Assembly (NCBI RefSeq): GCF_009914755.1
Contig: NC_060936.1
DNA length: 64,000 nt
Origin: the human T2T-CHM13v2.0 reference genome, Homo sapiens
Reading direction: 5' to 3' (one strand)
Shown here: piece after piece, positions 39,901 through 53,200 of the stretch
How the letters are laid out: every line of letters begins with the position of its first letter
Numbering within the stretch: the first letter of the stretch is position 1
Translations under genes and position numbers: made by a program
Notes under the pieces: generated by a model
Told to the model about the DNA's origin: nothing
Seen by the model: the letters and a program-made list of their open reading frames with translations, nothing else
Databases searched by the model: none

Positions 39901-42105
39901 GAAGATGTTTCCTTTTCTACCTTTGGTCTCAAAGCGATTGAAATCTCCACATGGAAACTCCACAAAAAGAGTGTTTCAAATCTGCTCTCTCTGAAGGAAG
40001 GTTCAACTCTGTGAGTTGAATACACACACCACAAATAAGTTACTGAGAATTCTTCTGTGTAACATTATATGAGGAAATCCCGTTTCCAACGAAGGCCTCA
40101 AAGAGGTCCAAATATCCACTTGCAGACTTTACAAAGACAGTGTCTCCAAACTCCTCCATCAAAAGAAAGGTTATACTCTGTGAATTGAACGCACACATCA
40201 CAAAGTAGTTTCTCAGAATGATTCTGTCTAGTTTTTATACGAAGATATTTCCTTTTCTACATTTGGCCTAAGAGCGCTTGAAATCTCCACCTGCAAATAT
40301 CACAAAAAGAGGGTTTCACATCTGCTCTGTCTAAAGGACAGTTCACCTCTGTGAGTTGAATAGAGGCAACACAAAGAACTTACTCAGTATTCTTCTTTCT
40401 AGCGTTCTATGAAGAAATCCCTTTTCCAAAGAAGGCCTCAAAGAGGTCCAAATATCTGCTTGCAGACTTTACAGAGTGTTTCCAAACTACTCTATGAAAA
40501 GAAAGCTTAAACTCCTTGAGTTGAACGCACACATCACAAAGTAGTTTCTGAGAATGATTCTGTCTAGTTTTTATACGAAGATGTTTCCTTTTCTACATTT
40601 GGTGTCAAAGCAATTGAAATCTCCAACTGGAAACTGCACAAATAGGGAGTTTCAAATCTGATCTGTCTAAAGGAAGGGTCAACTCTGTGAGTTGAATACA
40701 CACACCACAAATAAGTTACTGAGAATTCTTCTGTCAAACATTACATGAAGAAATCCCGTTTCCAACGAAGGCCTCAAAGAGGTCCAAATATCCACTTGCA
40801 GACATTACAGAGTGTTTCCAAACTGCTCCATCAAAAGAAAGGTTAAACTCTGTGAGCTGAACACACACATCAAAAAGAAGTTTCTGTGAATGATTCTGTC
40901 TAGATTTTATAAGAAGATGTTTCCTTTTCTACCGTAGGCCTCAAAGCGCTTGAAATCTCCAGCTGCAAATTCCACAAAAAGGGTGTTTAACATCTGCCCT
41001 TCTAAAGGAAAGTTCAACTCTATGAGTTGAATACACACAGCACAAAGAAGTTACTGAGACTTCTCCTATCAAACATTATATGAAGAAATCCCGTTTCCAA
41101 CGAAGGCCTCAAAGAGGTCCAAATATCTGCTTGCAGACTTTACAGACAGAGTGTTTCCAAACTGCTGCATCAAAAGAAAGGTTAACCTCCTTGAGTTGAA
41201 CCCACACATCACAAAGTAGTTTCTGTGAATGATTCTGTCTAGTTTTTATACGAAGATGTTTCCTTTTCTACCTTTGGTCTCAAAGCGATTGAAATCTCCA
41301 CATGGAAACTCCACAAAAAAGAGTGTTTCAAATCTGCTCTTTCTGAAGGAAGGTTCAACTCTGTGAGTTGAATACACACACCACAAATAAGTTACTGAGA
41401 ATTCTTCTGTGTAACATTATATGAGGAAATCCCGTTTCCAACGAAGGCCTCAAAGAGGTCCAAATATCCAATTGCAGTCTTTACAAAGACAGTGTCTCCA
41501 AACTCCTCCATCAAAAGAAATGTTATACTCTGTGAATTGAACGCACACATCACAAAGTAGTTTCTGAGAATGATTCTGTCTAGTTTTTATACGAAGATAT
41601 TTCCTTTTCTACATTTGGCCTAAAAGCGCTTGAAATCTCCACCTGCAAATATCACAAAAAGAGGGTTTCACATCTGCTCTGTCTAAAGGACAGTTCACCT
41701 CTGTGAGTTGAATAGAGGCAACACAAAGAACTTACTCAGTATTCTTCTTTCTAGCGTTATATGAAGAATTCCCGTTTCCAACGAAGGCCTCAAAGAGGTC
41801 CAAATATCTGCTTGCAGACTTTACAGACAGAGTGTTTCCAAACTACTCTATGAAAAGAAAGCTTAAACTCCTTGAGTTGAACGCACACATCACAAAGTAG
41901 TTTCTGAGAATGATTCTGTCTTGTTTTTATACAAAGGTATTTCCGTTTCTATGGCTTCAAAGCGATTGAAATCTCCAACTGGAAACTGCACAAATAGGGT
42001 GTTTCAAATCTGCTCTGTCTAAAGGAAGGTTCAACTCTGTGAGTTGAATACACACACCACAAATAAGTTACTGAGAATTCTTCTGTCGAACATTACATGA
42101 AGAAA

Positions 42106-45100
42106 TCGCGTTTCCAACGAAGGCCTGAAAGAGGTCCAAATATCCACTTGCAGACATTGCAAAAAGAGTGTTTCCAAACTACTCCATCAAAAGAAATGTT
42201 AAACTCTGTGAGCTGAACACACACATCAAAAAGAAGTTTCTGTGAATGATTCTGTCTATATTTTATAAGAAGATGTTTCCTTTTCTACCGTAGGCCTCAA
42301 AGCGCTTGAAATCTCCAGCTGCAAATTCCACAAAAAGGGTGTTTAACATCTGCTCTTCTAAAGGAAAGTTCAACTCTATGAGTTGAATACACACAGCACA
42401 AAGAAGTTACTGAGACTTCTCCTATCAAACATTATATGAAGAAATCCCGTTTCCAACGAAGGCCTCAAAGAGGTCCAAATATCTGCTTGCAGACTTTACA
42501 GACAGAGTTTTTCCAAACTGCTCCATCAAAAGAAAGGTTAAACTCCTTGAGTTGAACACACACATCACAAAGTAGTTTCTGTGAATGATTCTGTCTAGTT
42601 TTTATACGAAGATGTTTCCTTTTCTACCTTTGGTCTCAAAGCGATTGAAATCTCCACATGGAAACTCCACAAAAAGAGTGTTTCAAATCTGCTCTTTCTG
42701 AAGGAAGGTTCAACTCTGTGAGTTGAATACACACAGCACAAATAAGTTACTGAGAATTCTTCTGTGTAACATTATATGAGGAAATCCCGTTTCCAACGAA
42801 GGCCTCAAAGAGGTCCAAATTTCCACTTGCAGACTTTACAAAGACAGTGTCTCCAAACTCCTCCATCAAAAGAAAGGTTATACTCTTTGAATTGAACGCA
42901 CACATCACAAAGTAGTTTCTGAGAATGATTCTGTCTAGTTTTTATACGAAGATATTTCCTTTTCTACATTTGGCCTAAAAGCGCTTGAAATCTCCACGTG
43001 CAAATATCACAAAATGAGGGTTTCAGATCTGCTCTGTCAAAAGGACAGTTCACCTCTGTGAGTTGAATAGAGGCAACACAAAGAACTTACTCAGTATTCT
43101 TCTTTCTAGCATTCTATGAAGAAATCCCGTTTCCAACGAAGGCCTCAAAGAGGTCCAAATATCTGCTTGCAGACTTTACAGACAGAGTGTTTCCAAACTA
43201 CTCTATGAAAAGAAAGCTTAAACTCCTTGATTTGAACGCACACATCACAAAGTAGTTTCTGAGAATGATTCTGTCTAGTTTTTATACGAAGATGTTTCCT
43301 TTTCTACATTTGGTCTCAAAGCGATTGAAATCTCCAACTGGAAACTGCACAAATAGGGTGTTTCAAATCTGCTCTGTCTAAAGGAAGGTTCAACTCTGTG
43401 AGTTGAATACACACACCACAAATAAGTTACTGAGAATTCTTCTGTCGAACGTTACATGAAGAAATCCCGTTTCCAATGAAGGCCACAAAGAGGTCCAAAT
43501 ATCCACTTGCAGACATTACAAACAGAGTGTTTCCAAACTGCTCCATCAAAAGAAAGGTTAAATTCTGTGAGCTGAACACACACATCAAAAAGAAGTTTCT
43601 GTGAATGATTCTGTCTAGATTTTATAAGAAGATGTTTCCTTTTCTACCGTAGGCCTCAAAGCGCTTGAAATCTCCAGCTGCAAATTCCACAAAAAGGGTG
43701 TTTATCATCTGCTCTTCTAAACGAAAGTTCAACCCTATGAGTTGAATACACACAGCACAAAGAAGTTACTGAGACTTCTCCTATCAACCATTATATGAAG
43801 AAATCCCGTTTCCAATGAAGGCCTCAAAGAGGTCCAAATATCTGCTTGCAGACTTCACAGACAGAGTGTTTCCAAACTGCTCCATGAAAGGAAAGGTTAA
43901 ACTCCTTGAGTTGAACACACACATCACAAAGTAGTTTCTGTGAATGATTCTTTCTAGTTTTTATACAAAGATGTTTCCTTTTCTACCTTTGGTCTCAATG
44001 CGATTGAAATCTCCACATGGAAACCCCACAAAAAGAGTGTTTCAAACCTGCTCTTTCTGAAGGAAGGTTCAACTCTGTGAGTTGAATACACACACCACAA
44101 ATAAGTTACTGAGAATTCTTCTGTGTAACATTATATGAGGAAATCCCGTTTCCAACGAAGGCCTCAAAGAGGTCCAAATATCCACTTGCAGACTTTACAA
44201 AGACAGTGTCTCCAAACTCCTCCATCAAAAGAAAGGTTATACTCTGTGAATTGAACGCACACATCACAAAGTAGTTTCTGAGAATGATTCTGTCTAGTTT
44301 TTATACGAAGATATTTCCTTTTCTACATTTGGCCTAAAAGCGCTTGAAATCTCCACCTGCAAATATCACAAAAAGAGGGTTTCACATCTGCTCTGTCTAA
44401 AGGACAGTTCACCTCTGTGAGTTGAGTAGAGGTAACACAAAGAACTTACTCAGTATTCTTCTTTCTAGCGTTCTATGAAGAAATCCCGTTTCCAACGAAG
44501 GCCTCAAAGAGGCCCAAATATCTGCTTGCAGACTTTACAGACAGAGTGTTTCCAAACTACTCTATGAAAAGAAAGCTTTAACTCCTTGAGTTGAACGCAC
44601 ACATCACAAAGTAGTTTCTGAGAATGATTCTGTCTAGTTTTTATACGAAGATGTTTCCTTTTCTACATTTGGTCTCAAAGCGATTGAAATCTCCAACTGG
44701 AAACTGCACAAATAGGGTGTTTCAAATCTGCTCTGTCTAAAGGAAGGTTCAACTCTGTGAGTTGAATACACACACCAGAAATAAGTTACTGAGAATTCTT
44801 CTGTCGAATATTACATGAAGAAATCCCGATTCCAACGAAGGCCTCAAAGAGGTCCAAATATCCACTTGCAGACATTACAAACAGAGTGTTTCCAAACTGC
44901 TCCATGAAAAGAAAGGTTAAACTCTGTGAGCTGAACACACACATCAAAAAGAAGTTTCTGTGAATGATTCTGTCTAGATTTTATAAGAAGATGTTTCCTT
45001 TTCTATTGTAGGCCTCAAAGCGCTTGAAATTTCCAGCTGCAAATTCCACAAAAAGGGTGTTTAACATCTGCTCTTCTAAAGGAAAGTTCAACTCTATGAG

Positions 45101-46182
45101 TTGAATACACACAGCACAAAGAAGTTACTGAGACTTCTCCTATCAAACATTATATGAAGAAATCCCGTTTCCAACGAAGGCCTCAAAGAGGTCCAAATAT
45201 CCACTTGCAGACGTGAAAAACAGAGTGGTTCCAAACTGCTCTATCAAAAGAAAGGTTAACCTCCTTGAGTTGAACACACACATCACAAAGTAGTTTCTGT
45301 GAATGATTCTGTCTAGTTTTTATACGAAGATGTTTCCTTTTCTACCTTTGGTCTCAATGCGATTGAAATCTCCACATGGAAACTCCACAAAAAGAGTGTT
45401 TCAAATCTGCTCTTTCTGAAGGAAGTTTCAACTCTGTGAGTTGAATACACACACCACAAATAAGTTACTGAGAATTCTTCTGTGTAACATTATATGAGGA
45501 AATCCCGTTTCCAACGAAGGCCTCAAAGAGGTCCAAATATCCACTTGCAGACTTTACAAAGACAGTGTCTCCAACCTCCTCCATCAAAAGAAAGGTTATA
45601 CTCTGTGAATTGAACGCACACATCACAAAGTAGTTTCTGAGAATGATTCTGTCTAGTTTTTATACGAAGATATTTCCTTTTCTACATTTGGCCTAAAAGC
45701 GCTTGAAATCTCCACGTGCAAATATCACAAAAAGAGGGTTTCACATCTGCTCTGTCTAAAGGACAGTTCACCTCTGTGAGTTGAATAGAGGCAACACAAA
45801 GAACTTACTCAGTATTCTTCTTTCTAGCGTTCTATGAAGAAATACCGTTTTCAACGAAGGCCTCAAAGAGGTCCAAATATCTGCTTGCAGACTTTACAGA
45901 CAGAGTGTTTCCAAACTACTCTATGAAAAGAAAGCTTAAACTCCTTGAGTTGAACGCACACATCACAAAGTAGTTTCTGAGAGTGATTCTGTCTAGTTTT
46001 TATACGAAGATGTTTCCTTTTCTACATTTGGTCTCAAAGCCATTGAAATCTCCAACTGGAAACTGCACAAATAGGGTGTGTCAAATCTGCTCTGTCTAAA
46101 GGAAGGTTCAAATCTGTGACTTGAATACACACACCACAAATAAGTTACTGAGAATTCTTCTGTCGAACATTACATGAAGAAA
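42106..46182 (-). repeat. Three consecutive canonical 8-mer HORs (A B C D), 1359 bp each
   Basis: A-dimer boxes at 42106, 43465, 44824 and 46183, exactly 1359 bp apart. Confidence 0.92.
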
Positions 46183-46864
46183 TCCCGTTTCCAACGAAGG
46201 CCTCAAAGAGGTCCAAATATCCACTTGCAGACATTACAAACAGAGTGTTTCCAAACTGCTCCATCAAAAGAAAGTTTAAACTCTGTGAGCTGAACACACA
46301 CATCAAAAAGAAGTTTCTGTGAATGATTCTGTCTAGATTTTATAAGAAGATGTTTCCTTTTCTACCGTAGGCCTCAAAGCGCTTGAAATCTCCAGCTGCA
46401 AATTCCACAAAAAGGGTGTTTAACATCTGCTCTTCTAAAGGAAAGTTCAACTCTATGAGTTGAATACACACAGCACAAAGAAGTTACTGAGACTTCTCCT
46501 ATCAAACATTATATGAAGAAATCCCGTTTCCAACGAAGGCCTCAAAGAGGTCCAAATATCTGCTTGCAGACTTTACAGACAGAGTGTTTCCAAACTGCTC
46601 CATCAAAAGAAAGTTTAAACTCTGTGAGCTGAACACACACATCAAAAAGAAGTTTCTGTGAATGATTCTGTCTAGATTTTATAAGAAGATGTTTCCTTTT
46701 CTACCGTAGGCCTCAAAGCGCTTGAAATCTCCAGCTGCAAATTCCACAAAAAGGGTGTTTAACATCTGCTCTTCTAAAGGAAAGTTCAACTCTATGAGTT
46801 GAATAAACACAGCACAAAGAAGTTACTGAGACTTCTCCTATCAAACATTATATGAAGAAATCCC

Positions 46865-46992
46865 GTTTCCAACGAAGGCCTCAAAGAGGTCCAAATATCT
46901 CCTTGCAGACTTTACAGACAGAGTGTTTCCAATTAAGGCCTCAAAGAGGTCCAAATATCTCCTTGCAGACTTTACAGACAGAGTGTTTCCAA
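46865..46992. repeat. 60-bp tandem duplication inside a B dimer
   Basis: aaggcctcaaagaggtccaaatatctccttgcagactttacagacagagtgtttccaa occurs at 46875-46932 and 46935-46992, separated by tt. CENP-B box spacing here is 400 bp (46861 to 47261). Confidence 0.97.
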
Positions 46993-47260
46993 ACTGCTCC
47001 ATCAAAAGAAAGGTTAACCTCCTTGAGTTGAACACACACATCACAAAGTAGTTTCTGTGAATGATTCTGTCTAGTTTTTATACGAAGATGTTTCCTTTTC
47101 TACTTTTGGTCTCAATGCGATTGAAATCTCCACATGGAAACTCCACAAAAAGAGTGTTTCAAATCTGCTCTTTCTGAAGGAAGGTTCAACTCTGTGAGTT
47201 GAATACACACACAACAAATAAGTTACTGAGAATTCTTCTGTGTAACATTATATGAGGAAA

Positions 47261-50200
47261 TCCCGTTTCCAACGAAGGCCTCAAAGAGGTCCAAATATCC
47301 ACTTGCAGACTTTACAAAGACAGTGTCTCCAAACTCCTCCATCAAAAGAAAGGTTATACTCTGTGAATTGAATGCACACATCACAAAGTAGTTTCTGAGA
47401 ATGATTCTGTCTAGTTTTTATACGAGGATATTTATTTTTCTACATTTGGCCTAAAAGCGCTTGAAATCTCCACCTGCAAATATCACAAAAAGAGGGTTTC
47501 ACATCTGCTCTGTGTAAAGGACAGTTCACCTCTGTGAGTTGAATAGAGGCAACACAAAGAACTTACTCAGTATTCTTCTTTCTAGCGTTCTATGAAGAAA
47601 TCCCGTTTCCAACGAAGGCCTCAAAGAGGTCCAAATATCTGCTTGCAGACTTTACAGAGAGAGTGTTTCCAAACTACTCTATGAAAAGAAAGCTTAAACT
47701 CCTTGAGTTGAACGCACACATCACAAAGTAGTTTCTGAGAATGATTCTGTCTTGTTGTTATACAAATCTATTTCCTTTTCTATGGCTTCAAAGCGATTGA
47801 AATCTCCAACTGGAAACTGCACAAATAGGGTGTTTCAAATCTGCTCTGTCTAAAGGAAGGTTCAACTCTGTGAGTTGAATACACACACCACAAATAAGTT
47901 ACTGAGAATTCTTCTGTCGAACATTACATGAAGAAATCCCGTTTCCAACGAAGGCCTCAAAGAGGTCCAAATATCCACTTGCAGACATTACAAACAGAGT
48001 GTTTCCAAACTGCTCCATCAAAAGAAAGGTTAAACTCTGTGAGCTGAACACACACATCAAAAAGAAGGTTCTGTGAATGATTCTGTCTAGATTTTATAAG
48101 AAGATGTTTCCTTTTCTACCGTAGGCCTCAAAGCGCTTGAAATCTCCAGCAGCAAATTCCACAAAAAGGGTGTTTAACATCTTCTCTTCTAAAGGAAAGT
48201 TCAACTCTATGAGTTGAATACTCACAGCACAAAGAAGTTACTGAGACTTCTCCTATCAAACATTATATGAAGAAATCCCGTTTCCAATGAAGGCCTCAAA
48301 GAGGTCCAAATATCTGCTTGCAGACTTTACAGACAGAGTTTTTCCAAACTGCTCCATCAAAAGAAAGGTTAAACTCCTTGAGTTGAACACACACATCACA
48401 AAGTAGTTTCTGTGAATGATTCTGTCTAGTTTTTATACGAAGATGTTTCCTTTTCTACCTTTGGTCTCAAAGCGATTGAAATCTCCACATGGAAACTCCA
48501 CAAAAAGAGTGTTTCAAATCTGCTCTTTCTGAAGGAAGGTTCAACTCTGTGAGTTGAATACACACACCACAAATAACTTACTGAGAATTCTTCTGTCGAA
48601 AATTACATGAAGAAATCCCGTTTCCAACGAAGGCCTCAAAGAGGTCCAAATATCCACTTGCAGACATTACAAACAGAGTGTTTCCAAACTGCTCCATCAA
48701 AAGAAAGGTTAAGCTCTGTGAGCTGAACACACCCATCAAAAAGAAGTTTCTGTGAATGATTCTGTCTAGATTTTATAAGAAGATGTTTCCTTTTCTACCG
48801 TAGGCCTCAAAGCGCTTGAAATCTCCAGCTGCAAATTCCACAAAAAGGGTGTTTAACATCTGCTCTTCTAAAGGAAAGTTCAACTCTATGAGTTGAATAC
48901 ACACAGCACAAAGAAGTTACTGAGACTTCTCCTATCAAACATTATATGAAGAAATCCCGTTTCCAACGAAGGCCTCAAAGAGGTCCAAATATCCACTTGC
49001 AGACGTGAAAAACAGAGTGGTTCCAAACTGCTCCATCAAAAGAAAGGTTAACCTCCTTGAGTTGAACACACACATCACAAAGTAGTTTCTGTGAATGATT
49101 CTGCCTAGTTTTTATACGAAGATGTTTCCTTTTCTACCTTTGGTCTCAATGCGATTGAAATCTCCACATGGAAACTCCACAAAAAGAGTGTTTCAAATCT
49201 GCTCTTTCTGAAGGAAGTTTCAACTCTGTGAGTTGAATACACACACCACAAATAAGTTACTGAGAATTCTTCTGTGTAACATTATATGAGGAAATCCCGT
49301 TTCCAACGAAGGCCTCAAAGAGGTCCAAATATCCACTTGCAGACATTACAAACAGAGTGTTTCCAAACTGCTCCATCAAAAGAAAGGTTAAACTCTGTGA
49401 GCTGAACACACACATCAAAAAGAAGTTTCTGTGAATGATTCTGTCTAGATTTTATAAGAAGATGTTTCCTTTTCTACCGTAGGCCTCAAAGCGCTTGAAA
49501 TCTCCAGCAGCAAATTCCACAAAAAGGGTGTTTAACATCTTCTCTTCTAAAGGAAAGTTCAACTCTATGAGTTGAATACACACAGCACAAAGAAGTTACT
49601 GAGACTTCTCCTATCAAACATTATATGAAGAAATCCCGTTTCCAATGAAGGCCTCAAAGAGGTCCAAATATCTGCTTGCAGACTTTACAGACAGAGTTTT
49701 TCCAAACTGCTCCATCAAAAGAAAGGTTAAACTCCTTGAGTTGAACACACACATCACAAAGTAGTTTCTGTGAATGATTCTGTCTAGTTTTTATACGACG
49801 ATGTTTCCTTTTCTACCTTTGGTCTCAAAGCGATTGAAATCTCCACATGGAAACTCCACAAAAAGAGTGTTTCAAATCTGCTCTTTCTGAAGGAAGGTTC
49901 AACTCTGTGAGTTGAATACACACACCACAAATAAGTTACTGAGAATTCTTCTGTCGAAAATTACATGAAGAAATCCCGTTTCCAACGAAGGCCTCAAAGA
50001 GGTCCAAATATCCACTTGCAGACATTACAAACAGAGTGTTTCCAAACTGCTCCATCAAAAGAAAGGTTAAGCTCTGTGAGCTGAACACACACATCAAAAA
50101 GAAGTTTCTGTGAATGATTCTGTCTAGATTTTATAAGAAGATGTTTCCTTTTCTACCGTAGGCCTCAAAGCGCTTGAAATCTCCAGCTGCAAATTCCACA

Positions 50201-53200
50201 AAAAGGGTGTTTAACATCTGCTCTTCTAAAGGAAAGTTCAACTCTATGAGTTGAATACACACAGCACAAAGAACTTACTGAGACTTCTCCTATCAAACAT
50301 TATATGAAGAAATCCCGTTTCCAAAGAAGGCCTCAAAGGGGTCCAAATATCTGCTTGCAGACCTTACAGACAGAGTGATTCCAAACTGCTCCATCAAAAG
50401 AAAGGTTAAACTCCTTGAGTTGAACACACACATCACAAAGTAGTTTCTGTGAATGATTCTGTCTAGTTTTTATACGAAGATATTTCCTTTTCTACATTTG
50501 GCCTAAAAGCGCTTGAAATCTCCACCTGCAAATATCACAAAAAGAGGGTTTCACATCTGCTCTGTCTAAAGGACAGTTAACCTCTGTGAGTTGAATAGAG
50601 GCAACACCAAGAACTTACTCACAATTCTTCTTTCTAGCGTTATATGAAGAAATCCCGTTTCCAACGAAGGCCTCAAAGAGGTCCAAATATCTGCTTGCAG
50701 ACTTTACAGACAGAGTGTTTCCAAAATACTCTATGAAAAGAAAGCTTAAACTCCTTGAGTTGAACGCACACATCACAAAGTAGTTTCTGAGAATGATTCT
50801 GTCTAGTTTTTATACGAAGATGTTTCCTTTTCTACATTTGGTCTCAAAGCGATTGAAATCTCCAACTGGAAACTGCACAAATAGGGTGTTTCAAATCTGC
50901 TCTGTCTAAAGGAAGGTTCAACTCTGTGAGTTGAATACACACACCACAAATAAGTTACTGAGAATTCTTCTGTCGAACATTACATGAAGAAATCCCGTTT
51001 CCAACGAAGGCCTCAAAGTGGTCCAAATATCCACTTGCAGACATTACAAACAGAGTGTTTCCAAACTGCTCCATAAAAGAAAGGTTAAACTCTGTGAGCT
51101 GAACACACACATCAAAAAGAAATTTCTGTGAATTATTCTGTCTTGATTTTATAAGAAGATGTTTCCTTTTCTACCGTAGGCCTCAAAGCGCTTGAAATCT
51201 CCAGCTGCAAATTCCACAAAAAGGGAGTTTGACATCTGCTCTTCTAAAGGAAAGTTCAACTCTATGAGTTGAATACACACAGCACAAAGAAGTTACTTAG
51301 ACTTCTCCTATCAAACATTATATGACGAAATCCCATTTCCAACGAAGGCCTCAAAGAGGTCCAAATATCTGCTTGCAGACTTTACAGACAGAGTGTTTCC
51401 AAACTGCTCCATCAAAAGAAAGGTTAAACTCCTTGAGTTGAACACACACATCACAAAGTAGTTTCTGTGAATGATTCTGTCTAGTTTTTATACGAAGATA
51501 TTTCCTTTTCTACCCTTGGTCTCAAAGCGATTGAAATCTCCACATGGAAACTCCACAAAAAGAGTGTTTCAAATCTGCTCTTTCTGAAGGAAGGTTCAAC
51601 TCTGTGAGTTGAATACACACACCACAAATAAGTTACTGAGAATTCTTCTGTGTAACATTATATGAGGAAATCCCGTTTCCAACGAAGGCCTCAAAGAGGT
51701 CCAAATATCCACTTGCAGACTTTACAAAGACAGTGTCTCCAAACTCCTCCATCAAAAGAAAGGTTATACTCTGTGAATTGAACGCACACATCACAAAGTA
51801 GTTTCTGAGAATGATTCTGTCTAGTTTTTATACGAAGATATTTCCTTTTCTACATTTGGCCTAAAAGCGCTTGAAATCTCCACCTGCAAATATCACAAAA
51901 AGAGGGTTTCACATCTGCTCTGTCTAAAGGACAGTTCACCTCTGTGAGTTGAATAGAGGCAACACAAAGAAATTACTCAGTATTCTTCTTTCTAGCGTTC
52001 TATGAAGAAATCCCGTTTCCAACGAAGGCCTCAAAGAGGTCCAAATATCTGCTTGCAGACTTTACAGACAGAGTGTTTCCAAACTACTCTATGAAAAGAA
52101 AGCTTAAACTCCTTGAGTTGAACGCACACATCACAAAGTAGTTTCTGAGAATTATTCTGTCTAGTTTTTATACGAAGATGTTTCCTTTTCTACATTTGGT
52201 CTCAAAGCGATTGAAATCTCCTACTGGAAACTGCACAAATAGGGTGTTTCAAATCTGCTCTGTCTAAAGGAAGGTTCAACTCTGTGAGTTGAATACACAC
52301 ACCACAAATAAGTTACTGAGAATTCTTCTGTCGAACATTACATGAAGAAATCCCGTTTCCAACGAAGGCCTCAAAGAGGTCCAAATATCCACTTGCAGAC
52401 ATTACAAACAGTGTGTTTCCAAACTGCTCCATCAAAAGAAAGGTTAAACTCTTTGAGCTGAACACACACATCAAAAAGAAGTTTCTGTGAATTATTCTGT
52501 CTAGATTTTATAAGAAGATGTTTCCTTTTCTACCGTAGGCCTCAAAGCGCTTGAAATCTCCAGCTGCAAATTCCACAAAAAGGGTGTTTAACATCTGCTC
52601 TTCTAAAGGAAAGTTCAACTCTATGAGTTGAATACACACAGCACAAAGAAGTTACTGAGACTTCTCCTATCAAACATTATATGACGAAATCCCATTTCCA
52701 ACGAAGGCCTCAAAGAGGTCCAAATATCTGCTTGCAGACTTTACAGACAGAGTGTTTCCAAACTGCTCCATCAAAAGAAAGGTTAAACTCCTTGAGTTGA
52801 ACACACACATCACAAAGTAGTTTCCGTGAATGATTCTGTCTAGTTTTTATACGAAGATGTTCCCTTTTCGACCTTTGGTCTCAAAGCGATTGAAATCTCC
52901 ACATGGAAACTCCACAAAAAGAGTGTTTCAAATCTGCTCTTTCTGAAGGAAGGTTCAACTCTGTGAGTTGAATACACACACCACAAATAAGTTACTGAGA
53001 ATTCTTCTGTGTAACATTATATGAGGAAATCCCGTTTCCAACGAAGGCCTCAAAGAGGTCCAAATATCCACTTGCAGACTTTACAAAGACAGTGTCTCCA
53101 AACTCCTCCATCAAAAGAAAGGTTATACTCTGTGAATTGAACGCACACATCACAAAGTAGTTTCTGAGAATGATTCTGTCTAGTTTTTATACGAGGATAT

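Noticed and set aside
46841-47044. 67-aa minus-strand ORF with an internal repeat (GNTLSVKSARRYLDLFEA x2)
   Set aside because: It is translated alpha satellite. The ORF passes the length cutoff only because the in-frame 60-bp duplication adds 20 codons, and there is no gene context.
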